From the NCBI GenBank assembly GCA_032654565.1, contig JAULAX010000017.1, forward strand, positions 640,001-704,000: a stretch of 64,000 nucleotides of DNA, in the 5' to 3' direction. Below are positions 53,574 through 63,240 of the stretch, one piece after another. The stretch is from Anaeromyxobacteraceae bacterium. Lineage in GTDB: Bacteria > Myxococcota > Myxococcia > Myxococcales > Anaeromyxobacteraceae. The position numbers and the translations under genes are program-made. Below the pieces are notes generated by a model. That model was not told the origin of the DNA and made no database searches. It was given only the letters and a program-made list of their open reading frames with translations. Numbering within the stretch: the first letter of the stretch is position 1; each line of letters begins with the position of its first letter.

Positions 53574-56078
53574 TCACGGGGCGAGGTGGTGGGCCCCGGG
53601 GACCGAGAGCGCGCCGCTGGCGCCGCCGTGGCAGGTGGCGCAGGCCTCCACCGTCCCCACGGTGTGGCTGGCGGCGTGGACCCGCCCGGGCCCGGTGTCG
53701 TGGCAGCCGAGGCAGGCCGACTGGATGGGGGGCACCCTCGGCTCGCTGGCGGCGTGGGCCGACTTTCCCGAGTGCAGGATCGAGGCGGTCTCGTTGGCCA
53801 CGGTGGACTGGGCCTCGGCCGGCACCGCCTCGATGCGGAAGCTCTCCTCCACGTGGCAGAGCCGGCAGTTGGCCAGGGCGTTGGGGAAGCGGATGTCGTC
53901 GAAGAAGTAGACCGCCTTGGAGCCGCCCGGGTTGCCGTAGACGGCGAAGGGGGCGGAGGCGGAGAGCCCGGCCACGCCGGTGGAATCGCCGGTGTGGATG
54001 CGGTGGACCAGCACCTTCAGGTTGACGGAGCGCTCCTCGCGGTTGTCGTAGGTGCCGAAGGCGTTGGCGCTGGCCACGGTGTTCAGGTTGACGTTGCCGC
54101 CGGCGGCCTTGGGCCGCCGGGTCCAGTCGGTCCGGTCGGGGGCGTGGCACATCAGGCAGTACTGGAGCTCGTTGCGAAGCCCGCCGTGCAGGCTCAGGCT
54201 GCCGTGGCAGGCGTTGCAGGCCTCGGTGGTCACCACGGTGCGGCGCGGCGCCGGGCTGCCGGTCCACATCGCGCCGGTGGCGGTGTCGACGTACTGGACC
54301 CGGTTGCTGGCCGCCTCGGTCAGCGACTCGCCGGTGTAGGGCCAGGGGAAGGTGTCGGCCAGGGCGTTGTAGTGGACGGTGGTGAGCGAGCGGCGCGCCT
54401 CCATGGCCACCGCCCAGGTCCCCGAGGCGGTGGGCGAGAGCACGTTGCCGAAGGTGTAGCGGAACTGCCCGCTGGCGTCGGCCACGGCGGTGAGCGGCAC
54501 CGCCTCGGTGGCCGGCAGGGTGTTGGTGGAGGCGAAGTTGCCGGTGGCGTAGTCGGTGGTCGGGCCGGAGATGGTGATGGCGACCCGGGAGAGGGCTCGC
54601 GGCACCGGGCTCTGGCCGGCGTAGGTGTTGGTGTTGAGCGGCGAGATGGCGTTCCCCTGGTCGTAGGCCTTGAAGACCACGGTGGGGGCCTTGCCCGGGG
54701 CCAGATCGAGCACCTGCACCACGTCCACCTGCGGCCTGTCGGAGGCGGGGTGCTGGGAGGGCGGGACGTGGACGTCGCGGGTGTCGGCGTAGAGCTTGAA
54801 CGGCGCCGGGCCGCCGGGGCTGACGTGGCACTTCACGCAGCTGGCGTCGTCGGCCTGCGGCCCGCCCAGGTGGGCGAAGTGGACGGCGTCGGTGCCGCCG
54901 GTGCCGAACCAGGCGTCGGCGTGGCAGCTGCCGCAGGTCCGGCGGGAGATGGCCTGCCACTGCTGGTCGGCCTGCGGCGCGCCGCCGTGGCAGGCGGCGC
55001 AGTCGCGCAGGTCGCGCGGGTAGCCGATCCCCTCCGCCACCACCCTGGCCGGCTGGTCGTTGTCGGTCCGGGCCACCACCTTGCCGACCACCAGCTCGGT
55101 GGACCGGAAGCCGACGATCGAGAAGCGCTGCCCGAGCAGCGGGGTGTTCCGGCCGGGGAGGAAGGGGAGCGGCATGGCGCTGCCGGCGTTGAGCGGCGGC
55201 GCCGCCAGGGTGTTGCTGCTGGCCAGGTAGAGGGTGGGCAGGTTCTTGCCCCGGTGAATGCGGTGGACCAGCCGGCCCAGGTCGAGCGGGTTGGGGTTGG
55301 TGGCGGTGGTGGCGCCGGCCATGGCGGCCGGGTCGACGGTGTCGGGATCGGCGTTCTGCACGGTGTGGCAGGTGAGGCAGAGCCGTATCCCGTGGCGGAC
55401 CCCGTGGGCCACCACCCGGCCGTGGCAGCCGTTGCAGCTGGCGTCGAGGACGGCGTCGCGGACCCGCGGCGTGCCGCCGGCCGGGACGAAGTCGAAGGTG
55501 GCGGCCGACCTCTCGGCGACCGGGGCGCCGTTGAGCCAGGCGCCGACGCGCAGGGTCTCGGCCGGGTCGTAGGCGAAGAGGCCGGTCGAGGTGAGCCCGT
55601 TCAGGAAGGTGTAGCGGAAGTCGCCGCCGCCGCGGTCCTCGAGGGCGCCGGTCCGCTCCGAGCCGGGCTGCTTGCCGGCGTCGATGAAGCCGGCCGGGGT
55701 CCCGGGCCCGTCGATGGGGTTGCTGGCCAGCGACTGGCTGCCGGTGCGGAGCAGGCTCTTCCAGGCGGCCAGGCCGCTGACCGGGTCGGTGGAGAGGGCC
55801 GCCACGGTGAAGGTCGGCACCACGCTGGCGGCGGTGAGCTGGTTGAGCGAGGCGGGCGCCCCGTCGGCGGTGACGTGGAAGCTGACCACCACGTTGCTGG
55901 TGGTGAGGTTCCCGGCGGTGACCGGCCTGACCTCCGCGCCGGTGAGCTCGATGGCGTAGCTGGCGGCGGCGGCCACCGGCTGGGCCGCCGGATCGCCCAC
56001 CTTCACCGGCGTGCAGGCGGCGCCGGCCAGCCAGGCGCCGAGCCCCACCCCCACCCTCCATGCGCTCCAGCTCGGCAT
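53574..56078 (-). CDS. OmcA/MtrC-family decaheme c-type cytochrome lipoprotein
   Basis: Ten CxxCH motifs in two groups of five separated by a beta-rich domain; VHRIH x2; AGAAC lipobox. Confidence 0.88.
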   Translation of the reverse strand: MPSWSAWRVGVGLGAWLAGAACTPVKVGDPAAQPVAAAASYAIELTGAEVRPVTAGNLTTSNVVVSFHVTADGAPASLNQLTAASVVPTFTVAALSTDPVSGLAAWKSLLRTGSQSLASNPIDGPGTPAGFIDAGKQPGSERTGALEDRGGGDFRYTFLNGLTSTGLFAYDPAETLRVGAWLNGAPVAERSAATFDFVPAGGTPRVRDAVLDASCNGCHGRVVAHGVRHGIRLCLTCHTVQNADPDTVDPAAMAGATTATNPNPLDLGRLVHRIHRGKNLPTLYLASSNTLAAPPLNAGSAMPLPFLPGRNTPLLGQRFSIVGFRSTELVVGKVVARTDNDQPARVVAEGIGYPRDLRDCAACHGGAPQADQQWQAISRRTCGSCHADAWFGTGGTDAVHFAHLGGPQADDASCVKCHVSPGGPAPFKLYADTRDVHVPPSQHPASDRPQVDVVQVLDLAPGKAPTVVFKAYDQGNAISPLNTNTYAGQSPVPRALSRVAITISGPTTDYATGNFASTNTLPATEAVPLTAVADASGQFRYTFGNVLSPTASGTWAVAMEARRSLTTVHYNALADTFPWPYTGESLTEAASNRVQYVDTATGAMWTGSPAPRRTVVTTEACNACHGSLSLHGGLRNELQYCLMCHAPDRTDWTRRPKAAGGNVNLNTVASANAFGTYDNREERSVNLKVLVHRIHTGDSTGVAGLSASAPFAVYGNPGGSKAVYFFDDIRFPNALANCRLCHVEESFRIEAVPAEAQSTVANETASILHSGKSAHAASEPRVPPIQSACLGCHDTGPGRVHAASHTVGTVEACATCHGGASGALSVPGAHHLAP

Positions 56079-56172
56079 CCTCACCCCTCCGCGGAAGTGG
56101 CCATGGTAGCCCAAACCCGGGCCAGACCGGCCGCGGCGGCGGCGCATTCTCCGGACCGGGTGGGAGCCGCCC

Positions 56173-56670
56173 CTACCCGGCCAGCTCCTCGAAGACCCCG
56201 TGCTCCCGGTCCTTGCGCACCTTGTCGCCGGCGAAGACCCGGCCGTTCATGGCCACGTAGACCCCGGGCGGCAGCACCTGGGCGAAGGAGAGCGCGCTGC
56301 CGAGGTTGAAGAGCCCGTCGGAGCTGCCGAAGGCGTAGGGGACCATGGCGCCGGTCAGCACCACGGTCTTGCCGAGCCCGGCCGCCTGCAGGGCCCGGGC
56401 GGTCTCGGCCATGGTGTCGGTGCCGTGGGTGACCACCAGCCGGTCCTCCAGGCTGGTCCGGCAGCGCGCCACCACCCGCCCCCGGTCGGCCTCGGTCATG
56501 TCGAGGCTGTCGATCATCATCAGCGTCTCCACCTGCACCGGGATGCGGCAGCGGGCCAGCCGGAGCATCTCCGGCAGGTGGGTGTCCTTGAAGAAGAGCC
56601 GGCCGCCCAGCTCGTCGTACTCCTTGTCGAAGGTGCCGCCGGTGACGAGGACGCGGATGGTCGGGTTCAA
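56173..56670 (-). CDS. Short asparaginase (N-terminal domain only)
   Basis: VTGGTFDK, THGTDTM, VLTGAM, FNLG; TTG start. Confidence 0.85.
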   Translation of the reverse strand: MNPTIRVLVTGGTFDKEYDELGGRLFFKDTHLPEMLRLARCRIPVQVETLMMIDSLDMTEADRGRVVARCRTSLEDRLVVTHGTDTMAETARALQAAGLGKTVVLTGAMVPYAFGSSDGLFNLGSALSFAQVLPPGVYVAMNGRVFAGDKVRKDREHGVFEELAG

Positions 56671-56759
56671 GGTGAGGCTCCCTGGCCGGGTGGGGGCGGC
56701 TGGCCGGGGCCGATGATACGGCCCGCCGGGGCGCGCCGGAAGCGCGGTATGTTCCGGCC

Positions 56760-57200
56760 GTGCCCCTCTTCTCCCCGCGCCTGCCCGCCGTCGTCACCCG
56801 CGCCGACCTGGCGTGGCTGGTCACCCCCACCTACGCCGAGGCCCTCTCGGTGGAGGACGACGAGGCCCACGAGCGGCTGGCGCGGGCCCTGCAGCACCCC
56901 GAGCTGGTCGACGACCTGCTCTGGGGGATCTCCGAGGCCCTCCCGGACAAGCAGGGCGCCCGCACCACCCCCGACCAGCTGGTCGACAAGCTCTCCAGGG
57001 CGCTCCACGCCCGGCGCGGCAAGGTGACCGCGGCGGCGGCCGGGCCGTCGGTCTCGGCGGTGCTGGTCCGCATCAACGTCGAGCTGGGGCTGGCGGCGGA
57101 GCCCATGCGCATGACCCTGCAGACCGATAAGGGACAGAAGCTGCTCGACGACGGGCTCCGCACGCTGGGGGCCCACCTGGTGAACGAGCTGCTCAAGTGA
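56760..57200 (+). CDS. Hypothetical protein
   Basis: 146-aa helical ORF with strong GC3 bias filling the gap. Confidence 0.65.
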   Translation: MPLFSPRLPAVVTRADLAWLVTPTYAEALSVEDDEAHERLARALQHPELVDDLLWGISEALPDKQGARTTPDQLVDKLSRALHARRGKVTAAAAGPSVSAVLVRINVELGLAAEPMRMTLQTDKGQKLLDDGLRTLGAHLVNELLK

Positions 57201-57232
57201 CCTGACCCACGTCCCCCCATCGAGGAACTCGC

Positions 57233-58276
57233 ATGTCCAGAACCAAGGCCTACGCCGCCCTCTCCCCGACCACCCCGCTGGTCCCCTTCGAGCTCGACCG
57301 GCGCGAGCCCGGCCCCGCCGACGTGGTCATCGAACTGGCCTTCTGCGGCGTCTGCCACTCCGACATCCACCAGGCCCGCGACGAGTGGGGCGGGGCGCGC
57401 TTCCCCATGGTCCCAGGCCACGAGATGGTGGGCACGGTGGTGCGGGTCGGCGCCGCGGTGACGAAGTTCAAGGTGGGCGACCGGGCCGGCGTCGGCTGCA
57501 TGGTCGACTCCTGCCGCAGCTGCGAGAGCTGCCGGCAGGACCTGGAGCAGTTCTGCCAGAAGGGGGCGGCCTTCTCCTACAACGGCACCGAGATGGACCG
57601 GGCCACGCCCACCTTCGGCGGCTACTCGAAGCAGGTGGTGGCCACCGAGGCCTTCGTGCTCAAGGTCTCCCCGAAGCTCGACCTGGCCGGGTCGGCGCCG
57701 CTGCTCTGCGCCGGCATCACCACCTGGTCGCCGCTGCGCCACTGGAAGGCCGGCAAGGGCCAGCGCATCGGCGTGGTCGGGCTGGGCGGGCTCGGCCACA
57801 TGGCGGTGAAGCTGGCCGCCTCCCTCGGCTGCGAGGTGACCATGCTCTCCACCTCCAAGGCCAAGGAGGCCGACGCCCGGCGGCTCGGCGCCCACCAGTT
57901 CGCGCTCACCTCCGAGAAGGCCACCTTCAAGCGGCTGGCCGGCCACTTCGACCTCATCCTCGACACCATCTCGGCGCCGCACGACTACAACGCCTACCTC
58001 GGCCTCCTCAAGGTGAACGGGACCATGGTGCTGCTCGGCGTCCCGCCCCAGCCGACGCCGGTGGCCGCCTTCGCCCTGATCGGCGGGCGGCGCAGCCTGG
58101 CCGGCTCGCTGATCGGCGGCGTGGCCGAGACCCAGGAGCTGCTCGACCACTGCGCCACGCACGGCATCACCTCCGACGTCGAGGTGATCCCGGTGCAGCA
58201 GGTGAACGAGGCCTACCAGCGGATGATCAAGAACGACGTCCGCTACCGGTTCGTCCTCGACCTGGCGACGCTGTAG
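57233..58276 (+). CDS. Zn-dependent NAD(P) alcohol dehydrogenase (CAD/YahK-like)
   Basis: CGVCHSD, GHE, CRSCESC..DLEQFC, GLGGLG, RYRFVLD. Confidence 0.92.
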   Translation: MSRTKAYAALSPTTPLVPFELDRREPGPADVVIELAFCGVCHSDIHQARDEWGGARFPMVPGHEMVGTVVRVGAAVTKFKVGDRAGVGCMVDSCRSCESCRQDLEQFCQKGAAFSYNGTEMDRATPTFGGYSKQVVATEAFVLKVSPKLDLAGSAPLLCAGITTWSPLRHWKAGKGQRIGVVGLGGLGHMAVKLAASLGCEVTMLSTSKAKEADARRLGAHQFALTSEKATFKRLAGHFDLILDTISAPHDYNAYLGLLKVNGTMVLLGVPPQPTPVAAFALIGGRRSLAGSLIGGVAETQELLDHCATHGITSDVEVIPVQQVNEAYQRMIKNDVRYRFVLDLATL

Positions 58277-58286
58277 GCGCGTCCGA

Positions 58287-59225
58287 TCACCGCGTCGGCG
58301 GGGGAGGCGGTGGCGTCGTCGCGGCCGCCGGGGCGATGGGCGCCGCGCCCGTGGGCCCCGGGAGCGGCCGGACCGGGACCTGCAGGTTGCAGAGGTCGAC
58401 GTGGCCGGCGGGGCGGTGGTACCAGGGCTCGCGCCGGTTGCGGCGCGACTCCACCAGCGCCGCCCAGGCCGGCCCCTCGGTCCTGAAGAGCTCGAGCCGG
58501 GTCCGCTCGGCGGCGGGGAGGTCGGCGGCGAGCCGCACCGCCCTGATCTCGGTTCGCATCCCGGCCTGCGCGTAGAACCCCATGGGGGCCGGCCCCCGCG
58601 CCTGCACCGAGAGCAGCTCCATCCCCTGCACCACCCGGCCGACGGTGGTGATGTTCCGGTCGAGGTGGCGCGGCGACTGGCCGATCACCACGTAGAGCGA
58701 GGCGCCGGTGGAGGAGTCGGGCGGGGTGTCGCGGCCGGCCCCGACCACGCCGTAGCAGTGGGCCAGCCAGGCCAGGCCGGCCTTCGGGTCGCGGGCCACG
58801 GCGAAGCCGTCGCTGAAGCCCACCTCCGGCGCCCAGCCGTCGGCGTCGGGCAGCCTGGTGAAGGGGAGCCCGGCGGCGGCCCGGGTGAACTCGGCCGGCA
58901 GCCTGGCCTCGGCCTTGCCGAGCGGCCGCGCCCGGGCCGGCTCCAGGTCGTCGGGCTCGCCCCACTGCACCACGAAGTTGTCCTGGGCGCGCACGATCGC
59001 CAGCCCGTCCCAGTAGCCGCCCCGGGCCAGCGCCGCGAGGTTGGCGACGTGGCGCGGCGCGAAGGCCGGCGCCAGCTCGATCACCACCCGGCCGGCGGGG
59101 AGCTCCAGGTAGAGGGTCCGCTGGTCGTCGAGCGGCCGCCAGGCCGAGGGCGGAGCGCCCTCCACGATCTCCTGGGTGGTGGCGGTGAGCGCCAGGGCGA
59201 GCAGGGCGGCGGCGAGGGTCGGCAT
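58287..59225 (-). CDS. Exported cyclophilin-type peptidyl-prolyl isomerase
   Basis: [34 protein letters not shown]. Confidence 0.8.
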   Translation of the reverse strand: MPTLAAALLALALTATTQEIVEGAPPSAWRPLDDQRTLYLELPAGRVVIELAPAFAPRHVANLAALARGGYWDGLAIVRAQDNFVVQWGEPDDLEPARARPLGKAEARLPAEFTRAAAGLPFTRLPDADGWAPEVGFSDGFAVARDPKAGLAWLAHCYGVVGAGRDTPPDSSTGASLYVVIGQSPRHLDRNITTVGRVVQGMELLSVQARGPAPMGFYAQAGMRTEIRAVRLAADLPAAERTRLELFRTEGPAWAALVESRRNRREPWYHRPAGHVDLCNLQVPVRPLPGPTGAAPIAPAAATTPPPPPPTR

Positions 59226-59307
59226 GCGCCGACGCTAGTCCGGCCCGGCCCGGAGATCGAGCCGGATCCGGCCACCCTCCCCGCCCGGCGCGCCCCGCCG
59301 GCGCCGC

Positions 59308-59661
59308 CTACCTCGGCATGTCGCCGAGGCCGCCGGCGTTGACCACGTCGGTGTAGCCGGCCTGCTTGAGCATCCGCGCGGCCATGCCGCTGCGGCCGCC
59401 GGAGGCGCAGTAGAGCACCACCGCCTGCTCCTTCTTGATCTCGCCGAGCCGCCTGGGCAGGTCGCCCACCGGGATGTTCACCGCGCCGGGGTAGAAGCCG
59501 TCGCGGAACTCCTCCGGCGACCGCACGTCGACGATCTGCGCCCCGGCCTTGATCTTCTCCATCACCACGCTCTGAGCCACCTTGCCTCCCTTGAGGATCT
59601 TCCTGACGATGAGAAACCCGGCCACGGCGATCACCGCCGCGGTCACTGGATCGATGTTCAC
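59308..59661 (-). CDS. Membrane-anchored rhodanese-domain protein
   Basis: N-terminal TM; VDVRSPEEF, PGAVNIP, YCASGGRS; GTGA overlap. Confidence 0.85.
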   Translation of the reverse strand: MNIDPVTAAVIAVAGFLIVRKILKGGKVAQSVVMEKIKAGAQIVDVRSPEEFRDGFYPGAVNIPVGDLPRRLGEIKKEQAVVLYCASGGRSGMAARMLKQAGYTDVVNAGGLGDMPR

Positions 59662-61319
59662 GCACCCTCCACGTCGAAGCCGCCCTCGAGCTCGAGGCTG
59701 ACCCAGCCCCCGGTGAGGTTGACCACGTCGGTATAACCACTCTCCTTGAGCGTCCGCAGCGCCAGGTGGGCGCGGAAGCCGGAGCGGCAGTGCAGCACCA
59801 GCCGCCGGTCGCGGGGCAGCTGGGCCAGCTCCCAGCGGACGTCGTCCACCGGCAGGTGGAGGGCCCCGCGGAGGTGGCCGCGCCCCCACTCGCCGAGGGT
59901 GCGGACGTCGACCACCAGCGGCGGCGTCGGCGACTGCAGCTCGGCCTTGAGCCGGGCGGCGGTGAGCAGCGGCGAGAAGCCGGAGAGGTCGTTGCCGGCG
60001 ATGAAGGCGGCCAGGTTGACCGGGTCGTTGGCCGAGGAGTACGGGGGGGCGTAGGCCAGGTCGAGCTCGGCCAGATCGTGCACCGTCATCCCGCCGTGCA
60101 GCGCCGTGGCCAGCACGTCGATGCGCTTCTCGACGCCGGCGTGGCCGAAGGCCTGGGCTCCCAGCAGCCTCGCCGAGGTGCGGTCGTAGACCAGCTTGAG
60201 CGAGAGCTCGCGGGCGCCGGGGTAGTAGCCGGCGTGGTGGTCCTTGTGGATCACCGCCACGCCCACCTCGAACCCGGCCTCGCGCGCGGCGCGCTCGGTG
60301 AGCCCGGTGGAGGCGGCGGTGGCCTCGAAGATCTTGACCACGCTGGTGCCGACGGCGCCGCCGTAGCGCATGGGGTGGCCGAGGGCGTTGGAGGCGGCGA
60401 TCCGCCCCTGGCGGTTGGCCGGCCCGGCCAGCGGGATGCGGACCTTCTTGCCGGAGACCCGGTGGAGCACCTCGACCATGTCACCGGCCGCGTAGATGTG
60501 CGGGTCGGAGGTCCGCAGCTGCTCGTCGACCAGCAGGCCCCCAGCCGGGCCGAGGGTGAGCCCGGCCGACTTCACCAGGGTCAGCTCGGGGCGGACCCCG
60601 ACCGAGAAGAGCACCAGGTCGGCGGGGAGCCTGCGGCCGTCGGAGAGCTCGACGGTCTTGTCGGCGCCCACCGCCTTGACGCCGACGCCGGTCAGCACCT
60701 GCACGCCGTGGGCGGCCAGCTCGCCGGCCACCTGCACGCCGAACTCGCGGTCCATCACCCCCATGACCGTGGGGAGCAGCTCGACCACGGTGGTCTCCAG
60801 CCCTCGCGAGCGGAAGGCCTCGGCCATCTCCAGCCCGATGAAGCCGCCGCCCACCACCACGGCGTGGCGCGGCTTCTCGGCCTCGATGAAGCCGTCGAGC
60901 CGGTCCATGTCGGGCACGGTCCAGAGCTTGAAGACGTGGGGGGCGTCGGCGCCGGGCAGCGGCGGCATGATGGGGTTCCCGCCCTGCGCCAGGATCAGGG
61001 TGTCGTAGGGGATCCAGCGCTCGCCGTCGGGGCCGAGGGCCCGGACCCGCTTGCCGGCGCGGTCGATCTCCAGCGCCTCGGTCCGCACCTCCACCTTGAC
61101 CCGGTAGCGGGCGTCGAACCCCTCGGGGGTCTGCAGCAGCAGGGCGGAGCGCTTCTCGATGTCGCGGGAGATGAAGTAGGGGAGGCCGCAGTTGGCGTAG
61201 GAGACGTAGGGCCCGCGCTCCAGCACCGTGATCTCCGCCGTCTCGCTGAGCCGGCGAGCCCGGGCCGCCGCGGTCGCCCCACCCGCCACGCCTCCGATGA
61301 TGAGCAGTCTCGTCGTCAT
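59658..61319 (-). CDS. CoA-disulfide/persulfide reductase with C-terminal rhodanese domain
   Basis: GGVAGG, SYANCGLPY, GGGFIGLE, YAPPYS, rhodanese HCRSGFR. Confidence 0.9.
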   Translation of the reverse strand: MTTRLLIIGGVAGGATAAARARRLSETAEITVLERGPYVSYANCGLPYFISRDIEKRSALLLQTPEGFDARYRVKVEVRTEALEIDRAGKRVRALGPDGERWIPYDTLILAQGGNPIMPPLPGADAPHVFKLWTVPDMDRLDGFIEAEKPRHAVVVGGGFIGLEMAEAFRSRGLETTVVELLPTVMGVMDREFGVQVAGELAAHGVQVLTGVGVKAVGADKTVELSDGRRLPADLVLFSVGVRPELTLVKSAGLTLGPAGGLLVDEQLRTSDPHIYAAGDMVEVLHRVSGKKVRIPLAGPANRQGRIAASNALGHPMRYGGAVGTSVVKIFEATAASTGLTERAAREAGFEVGVAVIHKDHHAGYYPGARELSLKLVYDRTSARLLGAQAFGHAGVEKRIDVLATALHGGMTVHDLAELDLAYAPPYSSANDPVNLAAFIAGNDLSGFSPLLTAARLKAELQSPTPPLVVDVRTLGEWGRGHLRGALHLPVDDVRWELAQLPRDRRLVLHCRSGFRAHLALRTLKESGYTDVVNLTGGWVSLELEGGFDVEGA

Positions 61320-61367
61320 GGTGGGTCAGAGCCTACGCCCCTGGGAAGGATTCGGCTGCGTGGCGAC

Positions 61368-61396
61368 TTGACCACCCGCCCGCCGTCCAATACGAC
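61368..61396 (+). promoter_or_regulatory. Possible sigma70-type promoter for the RIO kinase gene
   Basis: TTGACC-17 nt-TACGAC just upstream of ATG 61410. Confidence 0.3.
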
Positions 61397-61409
61397 GGGG
61401 GGGCCCCGC

Positions 61410-62681
61410 ATGGTCAACCCACTCGAACCCCTGCTCGCCGACGGTGTCATCGACGAGGTCCTCTCCCGGCTCAAGAGCGGCAAGGAGGCGGACCTGTGGC
61501 TGGTGCGCCACGGCCAGGAGGTGGTGGCCGCCAAGGTCTACAAGTCGCGCCAGACCCGCTCCTTCAAGAACAACTCGGCCTACCTGGAGGGGCGGCGCAC
61601 CCGGAACAGCCGGACCCAGCGGGCCATGGACCGGGGGAGCAAGTTCGGCCAGGCCGCCGCCGAGGAGGCCTGGAAGACCAAGGAGGCCGACGCCCTCCAC
61701 GCCCTCCACGCCGCCGGGGTGCGGGTGCCGCGGCCGGTCCTCTTCTACGAAGGCGTGCTGCTGATGGAGGTGGTGGTGGACGCCGCCGGCCACCCCGCCC
61801 CCCGCCTCATCGACGCCGAGGTGGCGCAGGAGCAGGCCGCCGCCCTCTACGCCGACCTGCGCGCGCAGGTGGTCAAGATGCTCTGCTGCGATCTCGTGCA
61901 CGGCGACCTCTCCCCCTACAACGTCCTGCTGGGGTGGGACGGCCCGGTGGTCATCGACTTCCCGCAGGTGGTGGGGGCGGCCCACAACAGCCAGGCCGAG
62001 GGGTTCTTCTTCCGCGACCTCGCCAACCTGCGCCACTACTTCGAGGCCATCGACCCGGGCATCAAGGCCTTCGCCGGCGACGGCCGGGAGATCTGGCGGG
62101 CCTACACCAGGCGCGAGCTGGAGCCCGACTTCGTTCCGCCGCCGCCGCGCCCCGGCGCCGCCCCGCAGGTCGATCCCCGGGAGCTGCCGCCGCAGGAGCG
62201 GCCAGCACAGCCGCAGCGGTCCGGCGGGGCGGGGCGACCGGCCCACCCGCAGCGGCCGCCGCTGCAGCACCGCGCCCACCAGGGCGCCCGCCAGCCGGCG
62301 CCGCAGGGGCAGCGCCCGGCCCGGCCACCCCAGCAGCCCCAGCGCCCCGCCCAGCCCGGGCGCCAGCCCCAGCCGCAGCCCCCGGCCCAGCCGCCGCGTT
62401 CGCCGGGCCAGGACCGGCCGCAGCGCCCGCCGCAGCAGCAGCCGCAGCGCCCCGCCCAGCCCGGGCGCCAGCCGCAGCAGCAGCGGCGACCCGGTGGCGG
62501 GGGGCAGCCCCAGCGCGGTCCGATCGTGGAGCGGAGGCCGGTGCTGGGAGCGCAGCCAGCCCCTTCGGCGCCCGGAGGCGCTGGAGTCGCGGAGGCCTCG
62601 CCGGGTCAGGGCAGGAAGCGGAGAAGGCGGAGAGGTGGGCGTGGTGGCGGGGGTGGTGGGGGCGGAGCGGCGCCGGCCTAG
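61410..62681 (+). CDS. RIO1-family Ser/Thr kinase with long Gln/Pro-rich and Arg/Gly-rich tail
   Basis: LKSGKEA, AKVYK, VHGDLSPYNVL, IDFPQ; low-complexity C-terminus ending RKRRRRRGGRGGGG. Confidence 0.85.
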   Translation: MVNPLEPLLADGVIDEVLSRLKSGKEADLWLVRHGQEVVAAKVYKSRQTRSFKNNSAYLEGRRTRNSRTQRAMDRGSKFGQAAAEEAWKTKEADALHALHAAGVRVPRPVLFYEGVLLMEVVVDAAGHPAPRLIDAEVAQEQAAALYADLRAQVVKMLCCDLVHGDLSPYNVLLGWDGPVVIDFPQVVGAAHNSQAEGFFFRDLANLRHYFEAIDPGIKAFAGDGREIWRAYTRRELEPDFVPPPPRPGAAPQVDPRELPPQERPAQPQRSGGAGRPAHPQRPPLQHRAHQGARQPAPQGQRPARPPQQPQRPAQPGRQPQPQPPAQPPRSPGQDRPQRPPQQQPQRPAQPGRQPQQQRRPGGGGQPQRGPIVERRPVLGAQPAPSAPGGAGVAEASPGQGRKRRRRRGGRGGGGGGGGAAPA

Positions 62682-62714
62682 GGCTGTTGGTTCCCTGGGG
62701 GAGGACCACGTCCT

Positions 62715-62789
62715 CGAAGCTTGCGGCGGCTCCACCAGAAGCTGGAGCCGTCGCGACTGAGAAGCCGGAGCCGTCGCGATCAGCGATTA
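62715..62789 (-). repeat. Stop-codon-anchored palindromic element, copy 4, preceded by a half copy and a 7-nt stub
   Basis: Minus strand TAATCGC | TGATCGCGACGGCTCCGGCTTCT | CAGTCGCGACGGCTCCA-GCTTCTGG-TGGAGCCGCCGCAAGCTTCG. Confidence 0.8.
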
Positions 62790-63152
62790 CCTCAACCCCA
62801 CCACGTTGTCGCCGCCCTCCCACTCCGCCAGCCGCCCCACCTGGCGCGCCAGCTCCGGCCAGGTCTCGCCGGTGCACCGCTCCACCTCGCGGGCCAGGAA
62901 GGCCTTGAGCCGGGGCAGCTCCCACTCGAAGACCAGCAGCAGCCCGCGCCCGGGGACGGCGCCGTGGCGGCCGTGGCGCCGCTCCAGCCAGCGCGGCGTG
63001 GCCACCAGCAGCTCGAACCGCTCCCGCCCGCGCTGCCCGAGCACGCCCACCTCCAGCACCAGCGGCAGGGCGAACTCGTCGGCCACCGGTGGCCTCCAGC
63101 CCTCCAGGTCGGCGATCTCGTCGCAGCGGAGGCTCTTCAGGCGGGCGCGCAT
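62787..63152 (-). CDS. Imm8-like immunity protein (orphan)
   Basis: W.P...F...L..G..G..G.E.F...V.TP.WL....GR..L.V.....C.GETW.E.A.....WE pattern recalled for the Imm8 family. Confidence 0.7.
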   Translation of the reverse strand: MRARLKSLRCDEIADLEGWRPPVADEFALPLVLEVGVLGQRGRERFELLVATPRWLERRHGRHGAVPGRGLLLVFEWELPRLKAFLAREVERCTGETWPELARQVGRLAEWEGGDNVVGLR

Positions 63153-63161
63153 CCGCTCAAT

Positions 63162-63210
63162 GTAACGCCCCGGCCCTCCGCTGGCTGAGGACGGAAGACC
63201 GGGGCGTCAC
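63162..63210 (-). terminator. Long GC hairpin downstream of acyl-CoA dehydrogenase
   Basis: Minus strand GTGACGCCCCGGTCTTCCG...CGGAGGGCCGGGGCGTTAC; weak U-tract. Confidence 0.5.
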
Positions 63211-63240
63211 CCCGCGACGGCTGTGGAGGTCCGGGCCCGC

